Assembly: GCA_963838445.1 (NCBI GenBank)
Contig: CAWIRT010000044.1
Location: forward strand, 47,509 to 111,508
Length of the DNA stretch: 64,000 nucleotides
Reading direction: 5' to 3'
DNA from: an uncultured Acidobacteriaceae bacterium
GTDB taxonomy: Bacteria; Acidobacteriota; Terriglobia; Terriglobales; Acidobacteriaceae
Both the position numbers and the translations under genes were made by a program. How positions within the stretch are numbered: position 1 is the stretch's first letter; each line of letters opens with the position of its first letter. The notes beneath the pieces are model-generated. The model made no database searches. It had not been told where the DNA came from and was given only the letters and a program-made list of their open reading frames with translations. Of this stretch, positions 27,880 to 38,898 are shown piece by piece.

Positions 27880-30340
27880 ATGTCATTCCTTCGTGATTTG
27901 AAAATTGCGCTGCGTTCCTTAGCGCGAGTTCCCGCTCTTTGGATCACCGTGGCTCTTACTCTGGCCCTGGGCATCGGCGCAAATGCGGCCATCTTCAGCG
28001 TTGTCCGCTCCGTGCTCCTGCGCCCGCTCGTCAACCGCGACGAAAATCGGCTGCTTTACGTACGCCAGACCGCTCCGGGCATTGGGGTCGAGAACGCAGC
28101 ATTCTCAGTTCCCGAAATTCAGGACATCGGCCACGGCCTCAAAACCATCAAGGAACTCGGCACCTTTTCCGAGATCGACTTTACTATGGTCGGGCTCGGG
28201 ACACGCCCGCGAGATCCATGCCGGCGTTGTGGATGGCAACTACTTCGACGTGATGGGGCTGAGTTCCGTGCGGGGACGCTTGCTGACTCCCGCCGACGAT
28301 GGCCCAAATGCACCCGGCGCAGCCGTACTGACCTATCGATTTTGGACCACCTCGCTGCACTCTGACCCCAATGTGATTGGAAAGACGGTGCGGCTCGGGA
28401 GCTTCGAAGGGGGACGTTCCGCAGTCATCGTGGGGGTTCTGGAACCATCGGTGCCCTATCCCGTGGAAACAGAGCTAATCGCCAACGTCGTCACCAGCCC
28501 CCATCATCTATCCGCCACCATGGTGACCGGCCGTGAACATCGCATGACTGAAGTGTTCGCAAGGCTCGCTCCCGGCGCGAGTCTCGACGCCGCACGAGGG
28601 GAACTTCGCACCACCTACGCGGCAATGGTGTCCGCCCATCCGGAGGTATACAAGCCCGAGGACCACTTCAGAATCGATGTGACGCGGATGCACGACCAGC
28701 TTAATTCGCGTGCCAACACCATCTTGTGGGTGCTGTTCGCGGCCTCCGCCCTGCTGTTCGTGATTGCCTGCTCGAATGTTGCCAATCTTGTGCTGGCGCG
28801 AACGGCGCGTCGCGAATCGGAGCTAGCCGTGCGTTCGGCTCTGGGCGCAACCACCGCGGCGCTTCGCCGCTCGCTGTTGGCGGAAAGCATTGTGCTGTCG
28901 GCAAGCGGAGCGTTAGCCGGGCTCATCATCGCTGCCCCGATGGTCGCCGTGCTGGCCCGTTATGCGTCGCGCTTCTCCGCGCGCGCCGACGGCCTGACGC
29001 TCGATTTCAGCCTGGTGTGGATCGGCACTGCGCTGGCGTTGATCGCCGCCGTGTTCCTGGCGTTTGTTCCCCGCCTGCCCTCTGCGGAGTCGCGAGGCTT
29101 CGCGCTCACCACCAGCGGAGTGCGCGTCACTGGAGGAGGTAGCCGGCGGCTCAGCCTCTTTGCCGTTACCCAAATCACCGCCTCATTCCTGTTGCTTGCC
29201 GGAGCCGGCGCGCTGATAAAGACTTTGTTGGTGCTGGAAAGGACGCAACCACCTTTCGACACCGCCCGGGTTCTGGCTGTGAACCTGCCGGTGATGCCGT
29301 ATGGGCGAACGCCCGGGCAGGTGCGTGATTTTTATCACGACGTGCAGCGACGCATCAGTACGCTGCCGGGAGTCGAACATGTAGCTTCGGGGTTCGGCGT
29401 TCCATGGCGCGACGCCAGGGCACTGAACATCAGTTTCACCTTCGCCATGGACGGCGCGACCCGCGAGAACGGCCGCGACGATTTGCGCGCACGGTTCCGG
29501 TCCATATCTCCCGGATTTTTCGAAACCCTGGGAGTGCCGCTTCTGCAAGGCCGCGACTTTAGAGACACCGATCGGGACGGCTCGGAACGCGTGGTGATCA
29601 TCAGCCAGAGCGTTGCCCAGAAGCTTTTTCCCGGGCAGGAAGCGCTGAACCGCAATTTGCGATGGACCGACGGCGTGATGAAGTTTATCGGCATCAGCAC
29701 CGAGCCGCGGCGAATCATCGGCGTGGTGCAGGATGTCGATGATGAAAACATCATCCCATCGCCGGCCATGACCGTATATCAGCCATCCGACCAGGAAGGA
29801 TGGCAGGGCCGTCTGTTCGTCCGCGCCAAGAGTGATCCATACGCACTCGTTCCCACCATCACCCGCACCATCCACGACATGGCCGCGGATCAACCCGTGG
29901 AGCGAGCCAGCACGCTCGAAGACATTCGGGCGGAAGTTCTGACCCCCGACCGCCTGAATGTGATTGTGTTCGGCGGCTTCGCTGGCGTGGCGCTCTTGAT
30001 TTCCGTGGTGGGTGTAGCGGGCGTGCTTGCGTTTTCTGTAAGTGGGCGCTCCCGCGAGTTTGGCATCCGCCTGGCGCTAGGCGAGCAGCCGCGCAGCATT
30101 CTCACCAATGTTCTTCGCGAGGGCATGGTAATGGCCGGCATCGGAGTAGCCGTGGGTGCGGGCCTGGGGTTTGTCTGCGCACGGGTGGTCGGTAAGTATC
30201 TCGCAGAGGTGCAATCACCGGGCATCCTGACTTTGATCGCGTCCGCCTTCGTCATTCTGGCTGCGGCAGTAATCGCCTCGGCAGTACCTGCGGCGCGCGC
30301 CGCCACGGTGAACCCTGTGGAAGCGCTGCGTTCGGAGTAA
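27880..30340 (+). pseudogene. MacB/FtsX-type duplicated permease, one apparent frameshift near 28195-28210
   Basis: MSFLRDLKIALRSLARVPALWITVALTLALGIGANAAIFSVV...IDFTMVGLG, then a frame change, then AREIHAGVVDGNYFDVMGLSSVRGR...REFGIRLALGEQP...TVNPVEALRSE*. Two FtsX domains. Confidence 0.75.
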
Positions 30341-30458
30341 TCCGCGTTCGTAAAGGGCGCTACGCACGACAATTGCGGTTGTCATGCGTTCTTAGTAGGC
30401 CGAAGAACGCCTTCCTCGAAGAGATTGCGACACGGCGACTATACACCAATCCAGGAGG

Positions 30459-31622
30459 GTGCAACCGGCCAGATTTAAGATAAGCTACAACGCGATGGAG
30501 AGTGGGTTCAAACGCGATCTGCGAAACTATCCTCTGTATTTTCTGCTGTGGACAGTGTTGGGCCTCTTTTATTTCAGCCAGGGTCTCACGGTAAGGCTTG
30601 TCTCGCATGACCCAACTCCCTGGTGGCGTTACTTACTGGCGTGGCTCTCCGGAGTTTACATTTGGGCTATTCTTACCCCGGCCATGCTATGGCTCGGCCG
30701 GCGGTTTCCCGTCGAGCGTCGCAACTGGTTCCAGCGGATCGTTCTCCATCTTTTACTGAGCGCAGGGTTCTCAACTTTCGAGCTGAGTCTGGAAAGCGTG
30801 CTGTATTCACGCTTGCACCTTTTTCCCGCATGAGACGCTCTTGCGCAGTTGCTGGTCAGGGGCTTTCACGGCGGCGTTTTGAATTACTGGATTGTGTTTG
30901 GAGTGCAGTGGGGCGTCCTCTACTATCGCGGGTACCAGGAACGCTCACGAGAACTGCTGAAGTTCGAGCTGCGGGCGTCTGAGTTACAGTCGCAACTGAT
31001 GAGTGCTCGATTAGATGCGCTGAAGATGCAGCTCCAACCGCATTTCCTGTTTAACACTCTGAATGCCATCACGGTGCTGGTGCGCCAGCAGAAGGGCAAG
31101 GACGCGGAACAGATGCTTGGCCACCTGAGCGATCTTTTGCGCGGTGTGTTGGAGGACGTTGACGCTCAGGAAGTTTCTCTAAGCCGCGAACTGGAGTATT
31201 TGCAACTTTATCTGGCCATTGAACAGGTCCGCTTCCCCGACCGGTTGCGGGTAGAGATCTCGTTGGATCCGGCGACGCAGCAAGCGTCGGTGCCGCAACT
31301 CATCTTGCAGCCAATCGTGGAAAACGCCATCCGCCATGGCATCGGACGAAGTTCCTCCGCCGGCAGGATTCTGATCAGCGCGTCGAAGATGAATGGCACC
31401 GTGGAACTTCGAGTGCAGGATGATGGACCTGGGCTTTCGCCCAGCGACTCGTCTGAGGACGAGGGCATCGGTCTGGCGAACACCCGGGCACGGCTGCAAC
31501 AGCTTTACGGTCAGGACGCCAGACTGAAAATCGAGAATTGCGATCGTGGCGGCGTAGTCGTAACCGTGAATATTCCCTTCCATCAGTCCCATGCCGAAGT
31601 TGCGAGAACCGAATGCCTCTGA
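30459..31622 (+). pseudogene. LytS/YehU-type sensor histidine kinase interrupted by an in-frame TGA (30831-30833)
   Basis: The membrane domain (30459-30830) and the kinase core (30834-31622) are in the same frame, separated only by TGA: ...RLHLFPA*DALAQLLVRGFHGGVLNYW.... The core contains LQPHFLFNTLNAI (His_kinase PF06580 type) and a HATPase_c region (IVENAIRHG, DDGPGL, GIGLANTRARL). Confidence 0.75.
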
Positions 31623-32380
31623 CAACCCTGATCGTGGATGACGAACCGCTGGCACGGGACGGCTTACGTGTGCTGCTCTCGAGGGATCCCGAGGTTTCAG
31701 CAATTCGAGAAGCCAGAGACGGACGCGAGGCAGTCGCGGCGATTCGAGAGTCCAGGCCCGATCTCGTGTTTCTGGATGTGCAGATGCCGGAGATGGATGG
31801 ATTCGAGGTGGTTCGGAAAATCAGCGCGCAACTTATGCCACAGGTGGTGTTCGTCACAGCCCACGACCAGTATGCCATTCAGGCGTTTGAAATCAATGCG
31901 CTCGACTACCTGCTGAAACCGGTGATCGAAGAACGCTTCGTCAAGGCGTTGGTGCGCGCCAAAAGCCGCATTCGTGCGAACGTAGAAGCGGATTCGAACC
32001 GGCAAATCATCGGCCTGCTCGAAACCATCGCATCACCTCGGAGTTATGTGAAGCGCCTGGCGGTGAGATCAGGAGGCAAGACTGCGTTCGTGGATGTTGA
32101 AGACGTGGATTGGATAGAAGCCGCGGAGAATTATGTGGAACTGCATGTTGGCCGAGTGAGTCACCTGCTCCATATGACCATGAACACTCTTGAAAAATCT
32201 CTTGATCCGGAGATTTTCCTTCGTATCCACCGTTCCATCATCGTCAACCTTCTCAGGATCAAAAACCTGCAGTCTGACGCGCACGGAGAGTACGTAGTCA
32301 CCCTGCGAGACGGAGTACGCCTCCACTCCGGGCGAACCTATTCGAGCCGGCTGAGGGCTTTGGTCAACAATCCGTTCTGA
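31613..32380 (+). CDS. LytTR-family response regulator
   Basis: Receiver domain (LIVDDEPLARDGL...DLVFLDVQMPEMDGFEV) plus a LytTR DNA-binding domain (IEAAENYVELH...FLRIHRSIIVNL). The ATG overlaps the kinase's 3' end by 10 nt. Confidence 0.9.
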   Translation: MPLTTLIVDDEPLARDGLRVLLSRDPEVSAIREARDGREAVAAIRESRPDLVFLDVQMPEMDGFEVVRKISAQLMPQVVFVTAHDQYAIQAFEINALDYLLKPVIEERFVKALVRAKSRIRANVEADSNRQIIGLLETIASPRSYVKRLAVRSGGKTAFVDVEDVDWIEAAENYVELHVGRVSHLLHMTMNTLEKSLDPEIFLRIHRSIIVNLLRIKNLQSDAHGEYVVTLRDGVRLHSGRTYSSRLRALVNNPF

Positions 32381-32485
32381 CCGCTCTGACCGCCCAGTTC
32401 GTCAATGCATATCACCAGCTGGTCAAGATCCACTTTTCGCGTCCATGGTGTGTGGCCCAGACTGTCTCCTGGATGGAGGTGACAG

Positions 32486-32974
32486 GTGAAAAAACCCATG
32501 GTTTTGCTGTTTGCAGCCGCAGTTTCTATTGGTGGTTTTTGTCTGCGGGCGCAACCCGGCGATACGGCTCCATTTCCGAAGGAATTCCGCAAGTGGGCCC
32601 ACGTCAAGAGTGTGCTGGTCGGGCCCCAAAGCGCCGCCTTTGCTACCCAAGGGGGAATTCACCACATTTACGCAAACGAAAAAGCCCTTGAAGGCTATGA
32701 CACTGGCAAGTTTCCCGACGGCTCAGTGATTGTTTATGACCTGCTGGAAGTCAAGGAGATTGCGGGCAACACCATAGAAGGGCCAACGCGCCGGGTGGAT
32801 GTCATGATGAAGCAGAGCGATCTCTATCGCACAACCGGCGGCTGGGAGTTTATGAGTTTCCCAGGTGGCAACCCGGCTGATGGTAAGTTAACGGCCGAAC
32901 GACAAGCAGCCTGTGCTGCCTGCCACACCAACCGAAAAGACCACGATTCCGTTTTCAGCGAATTCCGCAAGTAA
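32486..32974 (+). CDS. cytochrome P460 family protein (secreted mono-haem)
   Basis: Signal peptide MKKPMVLLFAAAVSIGGFCLRAQ. P460-type core FPDGSVIVYDLL...TGGWEFMSF. C-terminal haem site CAACH. Confidence 0.7.
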   Translation: MKKPMVLLFAAAVSIGGFCLRAQPGDTAPFPKEFRKWAHVKSVLVGPQSAAFATQGGIHHIYANEKALEGYDTGKFPDGSVIVYDLLEVKEIAGNTIEGPTRRVDVMMKQSDLYRTTGGWEFMSFPGGNPADGKLTAERQAACAACHTNRKDHDSVFSEFRK

Positions 32975-33038
32975 AACTGATTTAACGACTGGACGCGAAG
33001 CGCCGCGAACCATTTGTCCCGGATTGAAGCCACGCCTG

Positions 33039-35829
33039 TTACTCGTATCGGAGTGCCACCATGGGATCGACGCGCGCAGCCCTCTGCGCTGGAACGTAAG
33101 CAGCAAGCATCGCGATCACAACAAACAGCGCCGATACTCCCGTGAATGACACAGCGTCGAGTGTGTTTACGCCAAAGAGAAGCGCCCTCATGAGGTGAGC
33201 TGCTCCGGCCGCGCCAACCATTCCAATTGCCAACCCAACCAGCACCGGACGGGTGCTCTCGATTAGAATCAGCTTCACCACATCGTGCTTCCGCGCGCCA
33301 AGCGCCATGCGCACGCCCACCTCGCGCGTTCGTCGAACAACCGCATAGCTGACCGTACCGTAGATGCCAACCGAGGCCAACATGAGGCCGAGCACGCCGA
33401 CGATCGATGCAAACAGTGCCGCACATCTCGACGTAACAAACTGGGGGCTCGTCGTTAGCAGGCCATCCAGAGTTTCAGAATAGATGATCATATTCGAGCC
33501 CATCGAGCGCACCAGGTTTCCAATCGCGTCAGCCAGGGGCTTGGGATCGCCTTCAGTCCTCACCAGCATGGGACGGTCGTCGAGCCTGTCGTCAGGAAGC
33601 GGAAGGTAGACCTTGCGCACATCCATCCCATCGATCAGAGCGGCGCGAGTATCTCGCGCTATGCCAATTACCTGATAAGAGGAGCCGTCGGGAGTCAGCT
33701 CGTCTTTGGCGTGGAAGCGTTTCGACCCATCTAATACAAACTCTCGGCCAATTGGATTGGTTCCTGGCCAAAGTTCTTTCGCAGCCGACTCACTTAGAAT
33801 AGCCACCGTATCCGGAATTCCGTGCGCCTCCGCAAATCCTGTGCCCAGGCTGATCGGGATATTCAACGTCGGAAAGTAATTCGGCTGTACATAGGTATAG
33901 TAAAGATTGGGTTGCGAACCGTCCGCAACAGACTTGCTTCCTTTGATCGTAACCGTTGCTGTGCGCATGCCCCCGCCAGCAGGCGGTCTTCCAAAAGTAA
34001 CTTCTCTTACTCCCGGTAACGCACGAATGCGGTCATAAAGCTCGCGGGTCTCGACCGCTTGCTTCTCGCGGCTGTAGCCAAATCCGTCGGGGAAATTAAG
34101 ATCGAGGAACAGGACGTGTCTGGTCTCATAACCTGTCTCCATCTCCAGCGCTCGAATCGAGCTTCGGATCAGCAATCCACCAGCAATCATCAGCACCAGG
34201 CACACGGCCACTTGAACGGCAACCAATCCATCGCGAACACGCCACTTCCCGGTGGAAAAGGCGAAGTGCGCACCCTCTTCCTTGAGTGCCGAAGAAAGAC
34301 TTGGTTTTGAAGACTCCAACGCCGGTGCGAGCCCGAACAGCAGGCCAGCCAGAAGCGCGACCGAAAACACGTATCCAAACACCTGCATATCCGGCGCAAC
34401 ATGCAACGCAAAGACCCCCCAATCAGCAGGCATGGTAGCCGATATCTCCACAACCAGCAGACGCAGGGCCCACCATGTCATAAAAAGCGATACTATGCCC
34501 GCGAGAAGACCCAAAAGGGCGCTTTCCGTGAGTAGTTGCCTGATCAGTCTTCCTCGACTGGCTCCCAGGGAAAGGCGAATCCCCATTTCGCTCTGCCGCG
34601 CGGCTGCGCGAGCTAATTGCAGGCTGGCGAGATTGGCGCATGCTATCAGCAGAACCATTCCCACGGCGCACATAATCAAAACAACGGTGAATTGCAACCC
34701 TGCTTCGAGATCGCCCTCGAACGGCGAGCCAGGATGCAGCTGAATGGTCACTGGCTTGCTCGCATCAGAATGTGGCGCGTGCTGAGACCTGAGTTGGTCC
34801 GCCAGCAAATTCATCTCTGCCTGCGCCTCACTCAGCCGAATGCCCGGCGCAAGACGCCCATAGATGCGGCAACACGCGTTCTCCCGGTCGTGAAGGATAT
34901 TGCTGCCCGGTCGCAGCAACTCCTGCAGATGAATCGGGATCCAGAAGTCGGGCACAATGAGATTGGTGCCCATAAAATCATGAGCCGTGATGCCGATAAC
35001 CGTAAAGGGTGTTCCATTGAGCTTGATTGATCGGCCCAGCAGCTCTGGATCGCCGCGAAATCTCCTTTGCCAATAATTCTCGCTGATCAGCACGCCGGTC
35101 AAAGGTGCGTCATGAGTATCTTGGGAACCAAAGGTGCGGCCACGCACAGCCTTAACGCCAAGTACTGAGAAGTAATTGTCAGAGACTATAGATGCAGTGA
35201 CAAATTCAGCGCCGCCGGACACCACGCCGGGTAGCCGAAATCCAACGGCACTCGCCAAACGCCCGGCCATCGAACCGCCGGCATCTGGCGCGTTGCCTAC
35301 CCCCGAAAGTGCAACTTGATCTCCGGTGGCAGCAATCAATCCTGAAAATACGTGGTTGTGGTCCCGGTACGCTTCGTAGTCTGCAAAGCTGAAGTTGGCG
35401 ATCGTACTTCCCTTGATAGTCGGTTCGGTCGACGTTCACCATCTGCCGGGTATCGCTCGCATCCAGCGGCCGCAACAGGAACGACTTGTAAACAGTAAAA
35501 ATCGCGGTGTTAACGCCGATGCCTAAGCCCAGGGCAAAGATGGCTACCCCAGTGAACCCCCGATGCTTCGCCAGCATCCGGGCGGCAAACCGAACATCTT
35601 GCCAGACGGTTTCGGGCAAGGTGAAAACGTCGATTTCGCGCATCTTCTCTTTCCAACGGCCGGGATTGCCAAATCGGCGCATGGCGTCTGACCGAGCCTC
35701 TTCCTGTGGCATTCCTTCCTGGGCGCTCAACTGTTCACGCATTGCGAGGTGAAACTGCAACTCCTCATCCAGATCGGCTGAGAGGTGCTTCCGTCTGAAA
35801 AGAGCGCGCACCCTCTGCATCCATCCCAT
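33039..35829 (-). pseudogene. ADOP-type duplicated FtsX permease, one apparent frameshift near 35410-35436
   Basis: MGWMQRVRALFRRKHLSADLDEELQFHLAMRE...VWQDVRFAARMLAKHRGFTGVAIFALGLGIGVNTAIF...TRQMVNV, then a frame change, then TIKGSTIANFSFADYEAYRDHNHVFSGLIAATGDQ...REVGVRMALGARK...RVDPMVALRYE*. Paralogue of 9840-12630. Confidence 0.75.
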
Positions 35830-35838
35830 ATAGCCTCC

Positions 35839-36183
35839 TCAGACTCTGCTATCCGCGAAACTCAAAACCTGCGCCACCGCGTTTGTCAATTTGCTCCATT
35901 TCGCTTCTTCCGCAATCAACTGCTTACGACCGGCAGCCGTTAGCCGGTAGTAACGCGCACGGCGCTTGTTATCGCTCATCCCCCACTCGGCCGCGATCCA
36001 CCCCTCCTGCTCCATGCGGTGCAACGCCGGATACAAGGACCCCTCTTCGACCCGCAACACCTGCTCCGATATTTGCTGGATATGCATGGTGATCCCCCAT
36101 CCATGCATCGGGCCTTGCTGCAAGGTTTTCAATACAAGAAGCGCTAACGTTCCTTGCAAGGTGTCGTTTTTACCGAGGGGCAC
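35839..36183 (-). CDS. PadR-family transcriptional regulator (acidobacterial type), upstream of the ADOP permease
   Basis: Close paralogue of 9485-9823 ([48 protein letters not shown]...[16 protein letters not shown]). By alignment with the paralogue the likely start is GTG at 36183. The ORF itself is open to 36243. Confidence 0.8.
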   Translation of the reverse strand: MPLGKNDTLQGTLALLVLKTLQQGPMHGWGITMHIQQISEQVLRVEEGSLYPALHRMEQEGWIAAEWGMSDNKRRARYYRLTAAGRKQLIAEEAKWSKLTNAVAQVLSFADSRV

Positions 36184-36302
36184 AGGGGCACTCTTCCTAT
36201 AGCTAGCTATGGAAAGAGTGCGCCGAATCCCCAAAACTGTCAACTGGCAAAAATTGAAACCGGAGCCTAACCGGAAGACCAGTTTGCTGTCTAATGCGCT
36301 GA

Positions 36303-36875
36303 ATGGAAGAGAGCGACGACTCCATACGCCGAGCGGTTCTGTCCGGCGATAAGGAAGCTTACAGGGTGCTGGTGGCGCGCTATAGCCAGGTTGTGTTCCG
36401 CGTGGCCTATCGCATTACCGGCAATGAACCCGATGCCGAAGAGGCCGTGCAGGAAGCATTCCTGCGCGCGTACCAGGCGCTTGCGAACTTTCAAGGGCGG
36501 TCCGGTATGGCGACCTGGTTCTATCGCATCGCCGCCAATTGCGCCTTTGACGTTGTGGGCCGCAGAAGGCCGGAAGCGCAGAGCCGTATAGCGGAAGAGA
36601 ACGATCCGGAACAGGGTGAGGTGCAGTTGGCGGACATAAAAGCAGGACCTGACCGATTGCTGCTGAGCCGTGAGATCGAGGCCAGGCGGCAGGCGGCCAT
36701 GAGTGAACTTACGCCCACCGAACGAACAGCTTTCGTTCTTCGGCATATGGAAGACCGGTCTACAGATGAGATTGCGGCCGCTCTAGACATCGCCCCCAAT
36801 GCTGCCAAGCAGGCAGTCTTTCGCGCTGTACAGAAGCTCAGGCGCCAACTGGCGCCCCTATGGGTAAACACATGA
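36303..36875 (+). CDS. ECF-type RNA polymerase sigma-70 factor
   Basis: Region 2 ([39 protein letters not shown]) and region 4 ([45 protein letters not shown]). Confidence 0.9.
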   Translation: MEESDDSIRRAVLSGDKEAYRVLVARYSQVVFRVAYRITGNEPDAEEAVQEAFLRAYQALANFQGRSGMATWFYRIAANCAFDVVGRRRPEAQSRIAEENDPEQGEVQLADIKAGPDRLLLSREIEARRQAAMSELTPTERTAFVLRHMEDRSTDEIAAALDIAPNAAKQAVFRAVQKLRRQLAPLWVNT

Positions 36876-37637
36876 AGCACCTGGATGAAGCAGAACTGGT
36901 TGAGCACTACTACGAAGAGTCCGTCAACATGGCCGATTGCGAGCGCCACCTGAAGTCTTGCCCGTCGTGCACCAAGCGTTACGCGGAGTTGCGGAGAGAC
37001 CTCGACGGTGTGAAGCCGCTGACGCCGCCGATGCGTAGCCGAAGACTACGGCGAACAAGTGTGGCAATCCATTCGCGCCTCTTTGCCGGTATATGAAAAG
37101 CCGAAACGAACCTGGATCCGGTATTGGCAACCACTCGGCTGGGCAGCCGCCTGCGCGCTGCTGCTGGCCGTGGCCTTTGTTGCCGGGCGCCAGTGGGAGC
37201 GGAAACAGACTTTATCGGTGGCCGTGGCTACCGACCCGCAAGCTCGCCAGCGCGTAGTGATCGTTGTTCTTGGTGACCACCTTGACCGCTCCGAGCGCTT
37301 GCTGGTCGAGCTCAATCATGCGGACGGGAACGATGTCTCCGCTATGCCGCTACGCAGCGAGGCCAGAGAATTGCTGGCCAGCAACCGCCTGGTCAGACAA
37401 AGCGCGAAGCAGGCCGGCGACCTCAATGTCGAAGCGTCGCTCGACCGTCTGGAACGTTTGCTGATGGAGCTCGCAAACGAGCCTGACGGGCTTAGTGAAG
37501 CTGACCTCAACCGCCTTAGGCAGGAGATGAATACCGACAGCCTTCTCTTTGACATTCGCGTCCTGCGCTCCCGGGTTCACTCCCAGGCCCTTGAACCGCA
37601 AAGCGCTCCCAAAGTAACGAAAGGGGTTTCCATCTAA
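36872..37637 (+). pseudogene. zf-HC2 anti-sigma factor (single TM), one apparent frameshift near 37025-37045
   Basis: ATGA overlap with the sigma gene's stop. [16 protein letters not shown]...CERHLKSCPSCTKRYAELRRDL...LTPP, then a frame change, then EDYGEQVWQSIRASLPVYEKPKR, then a TM segment (LGWAAACALLLAVAFVAG). Confidence 0.7.
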
Positions 37638-38877
37638 ATGAATACCAAAACACTACTGTTCGCAACGCTGGTTCTCGCCTTGTCTGCGGCATCGCCGGTC
37701 CTTTACGCGGAGTCTCCGCTTGCTGCCTTCGATGACAACGCAGCTGCCCAGTCAAAGGAAGATGCGGCCTACTCCGAAGGCACGCGGGCCATCAACGATG
37801 CCCATTGGGCCCAGGCAGAGACGATCTTCAACGATATTGCGCAGCAGCATGGTGCGCGTGCCGAAGCAGCCCTCTATTGGAAGGCGTATGCGGAAAATAA
37901 GCAGGGCAATGCCACCCATGCCCTCGAAACCTGCAGCGAGCTACGGCGTGCTTATCCGCACGGAAGTTGGGCAAACGAATGCGGCGCACTGGAAATTGAG
38001 ATCCGCGGCAAGAGCGACGACCCTCTGCCGCCTCAGTCCGAACAGGATGAAGAGCTCAAGCTGCTTGCCCTGAATTCGCTCATGCAGCAGGATGAATCGC
38101 GCGCGCTGCCGGTCATTCAACAACTCCTCAACAGCGACAAATCAGAGAAGTTCAAGGCTCGGGCATTGTTCGTTCTGGCGCAAGACCAGTCCCCGCAGGC
38201 GCAGGCGCTGCTCGGCCAGGTGGCGAGCGGAGAGCGCAACCCGGCGTTGCAGCGCAAGGCCATTGAGATGTTGGCGATTTCCCGCGGCAAGCAGTCCGCC
38301 GAAACACTCGCCGGCATCTACCGCCAGACTACGAACGAAGAGATAAAGAACGCCATCCTCCACACCTATCTCATCATCGGCACCCCCGATCCGCTGGTGG
38401 AAGCGGCACGTCATGAATCGAATCCTCAACTCGTCCGCACCGCGGTGCATACCTTGGGGGCAATGGGCGCCACCTCACAATTGCTTACTCTTTATCACGA
38501 CTCCAGCAACCCTGCAGATCAAGGCGGAGATTATCAGCGGCTTGATCCCCGCGGGCCAAAAGGGCGCTGAAGCGCTGAGCAGTATCGCCGTCTCGGAACA
38601 GGATCCCGACCTGCGGCGCAAAGCCATTCGCAACCTTGGCATAGCGGGTGGTATGTCGGCGGCGCCAGCCCTGGTTGCGACTTATAAGAAAAACCCGGAT
38701 GCGGAAACCAAGAAAGCAGCCGTCCAGGCGCTCTTCTTAGCGGGAGACAGCCACGATCTCGTGGAACTTGCCCGTGCTGAAAAGGATCCGGGCCTCAAGC
38801 AGTCGATTGTGCAGCAACTCAGCATCATGCACAACAAAGAAGCCACCGATTACATGCTCGAAATTCTTAACAAATAA
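37638..38877 (+). pseudogene. secreted HEAT-repeat protein, one apparent frameshift near 38505-38525
   Basis: The ATG immediately follows the anti-sigma stop. Signal peptide MNTKTLLFATLVLALSAASPVLYA. HEAT-like units (RKAIEMLA, VRTAVHTLGAMG). ...LLTLYHDSSNP, then a frame change, then IKAEIISGLIPAGQKGAEALSSIAVSEQDPDLRRKAIRNLG... Confidence 0.65.
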
Positions 38878-38898
38878 CCTGGAAGGAGATTCGCTCCC

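Noticed and set aside
30831-30833. The in-frame TGA in the LytS kinase as selenocysteine or recoded Trp
   Set aside because: There is no obvious SECIS-like hairpin immediately downstream. There is no selenoprotein precedent for this family, and TGA is used as a normal stop by neighbouring genes.
31985-32000. tRNA-like T-arm strings (ggattcgaac at ~31990; ggattcgaaag at ~47565)
   Set aside because: The first lies inside the response-regulator CDS and the second inside a REP cluster. Neither is flanked by sequence that can form acceptor or anticodon stems.
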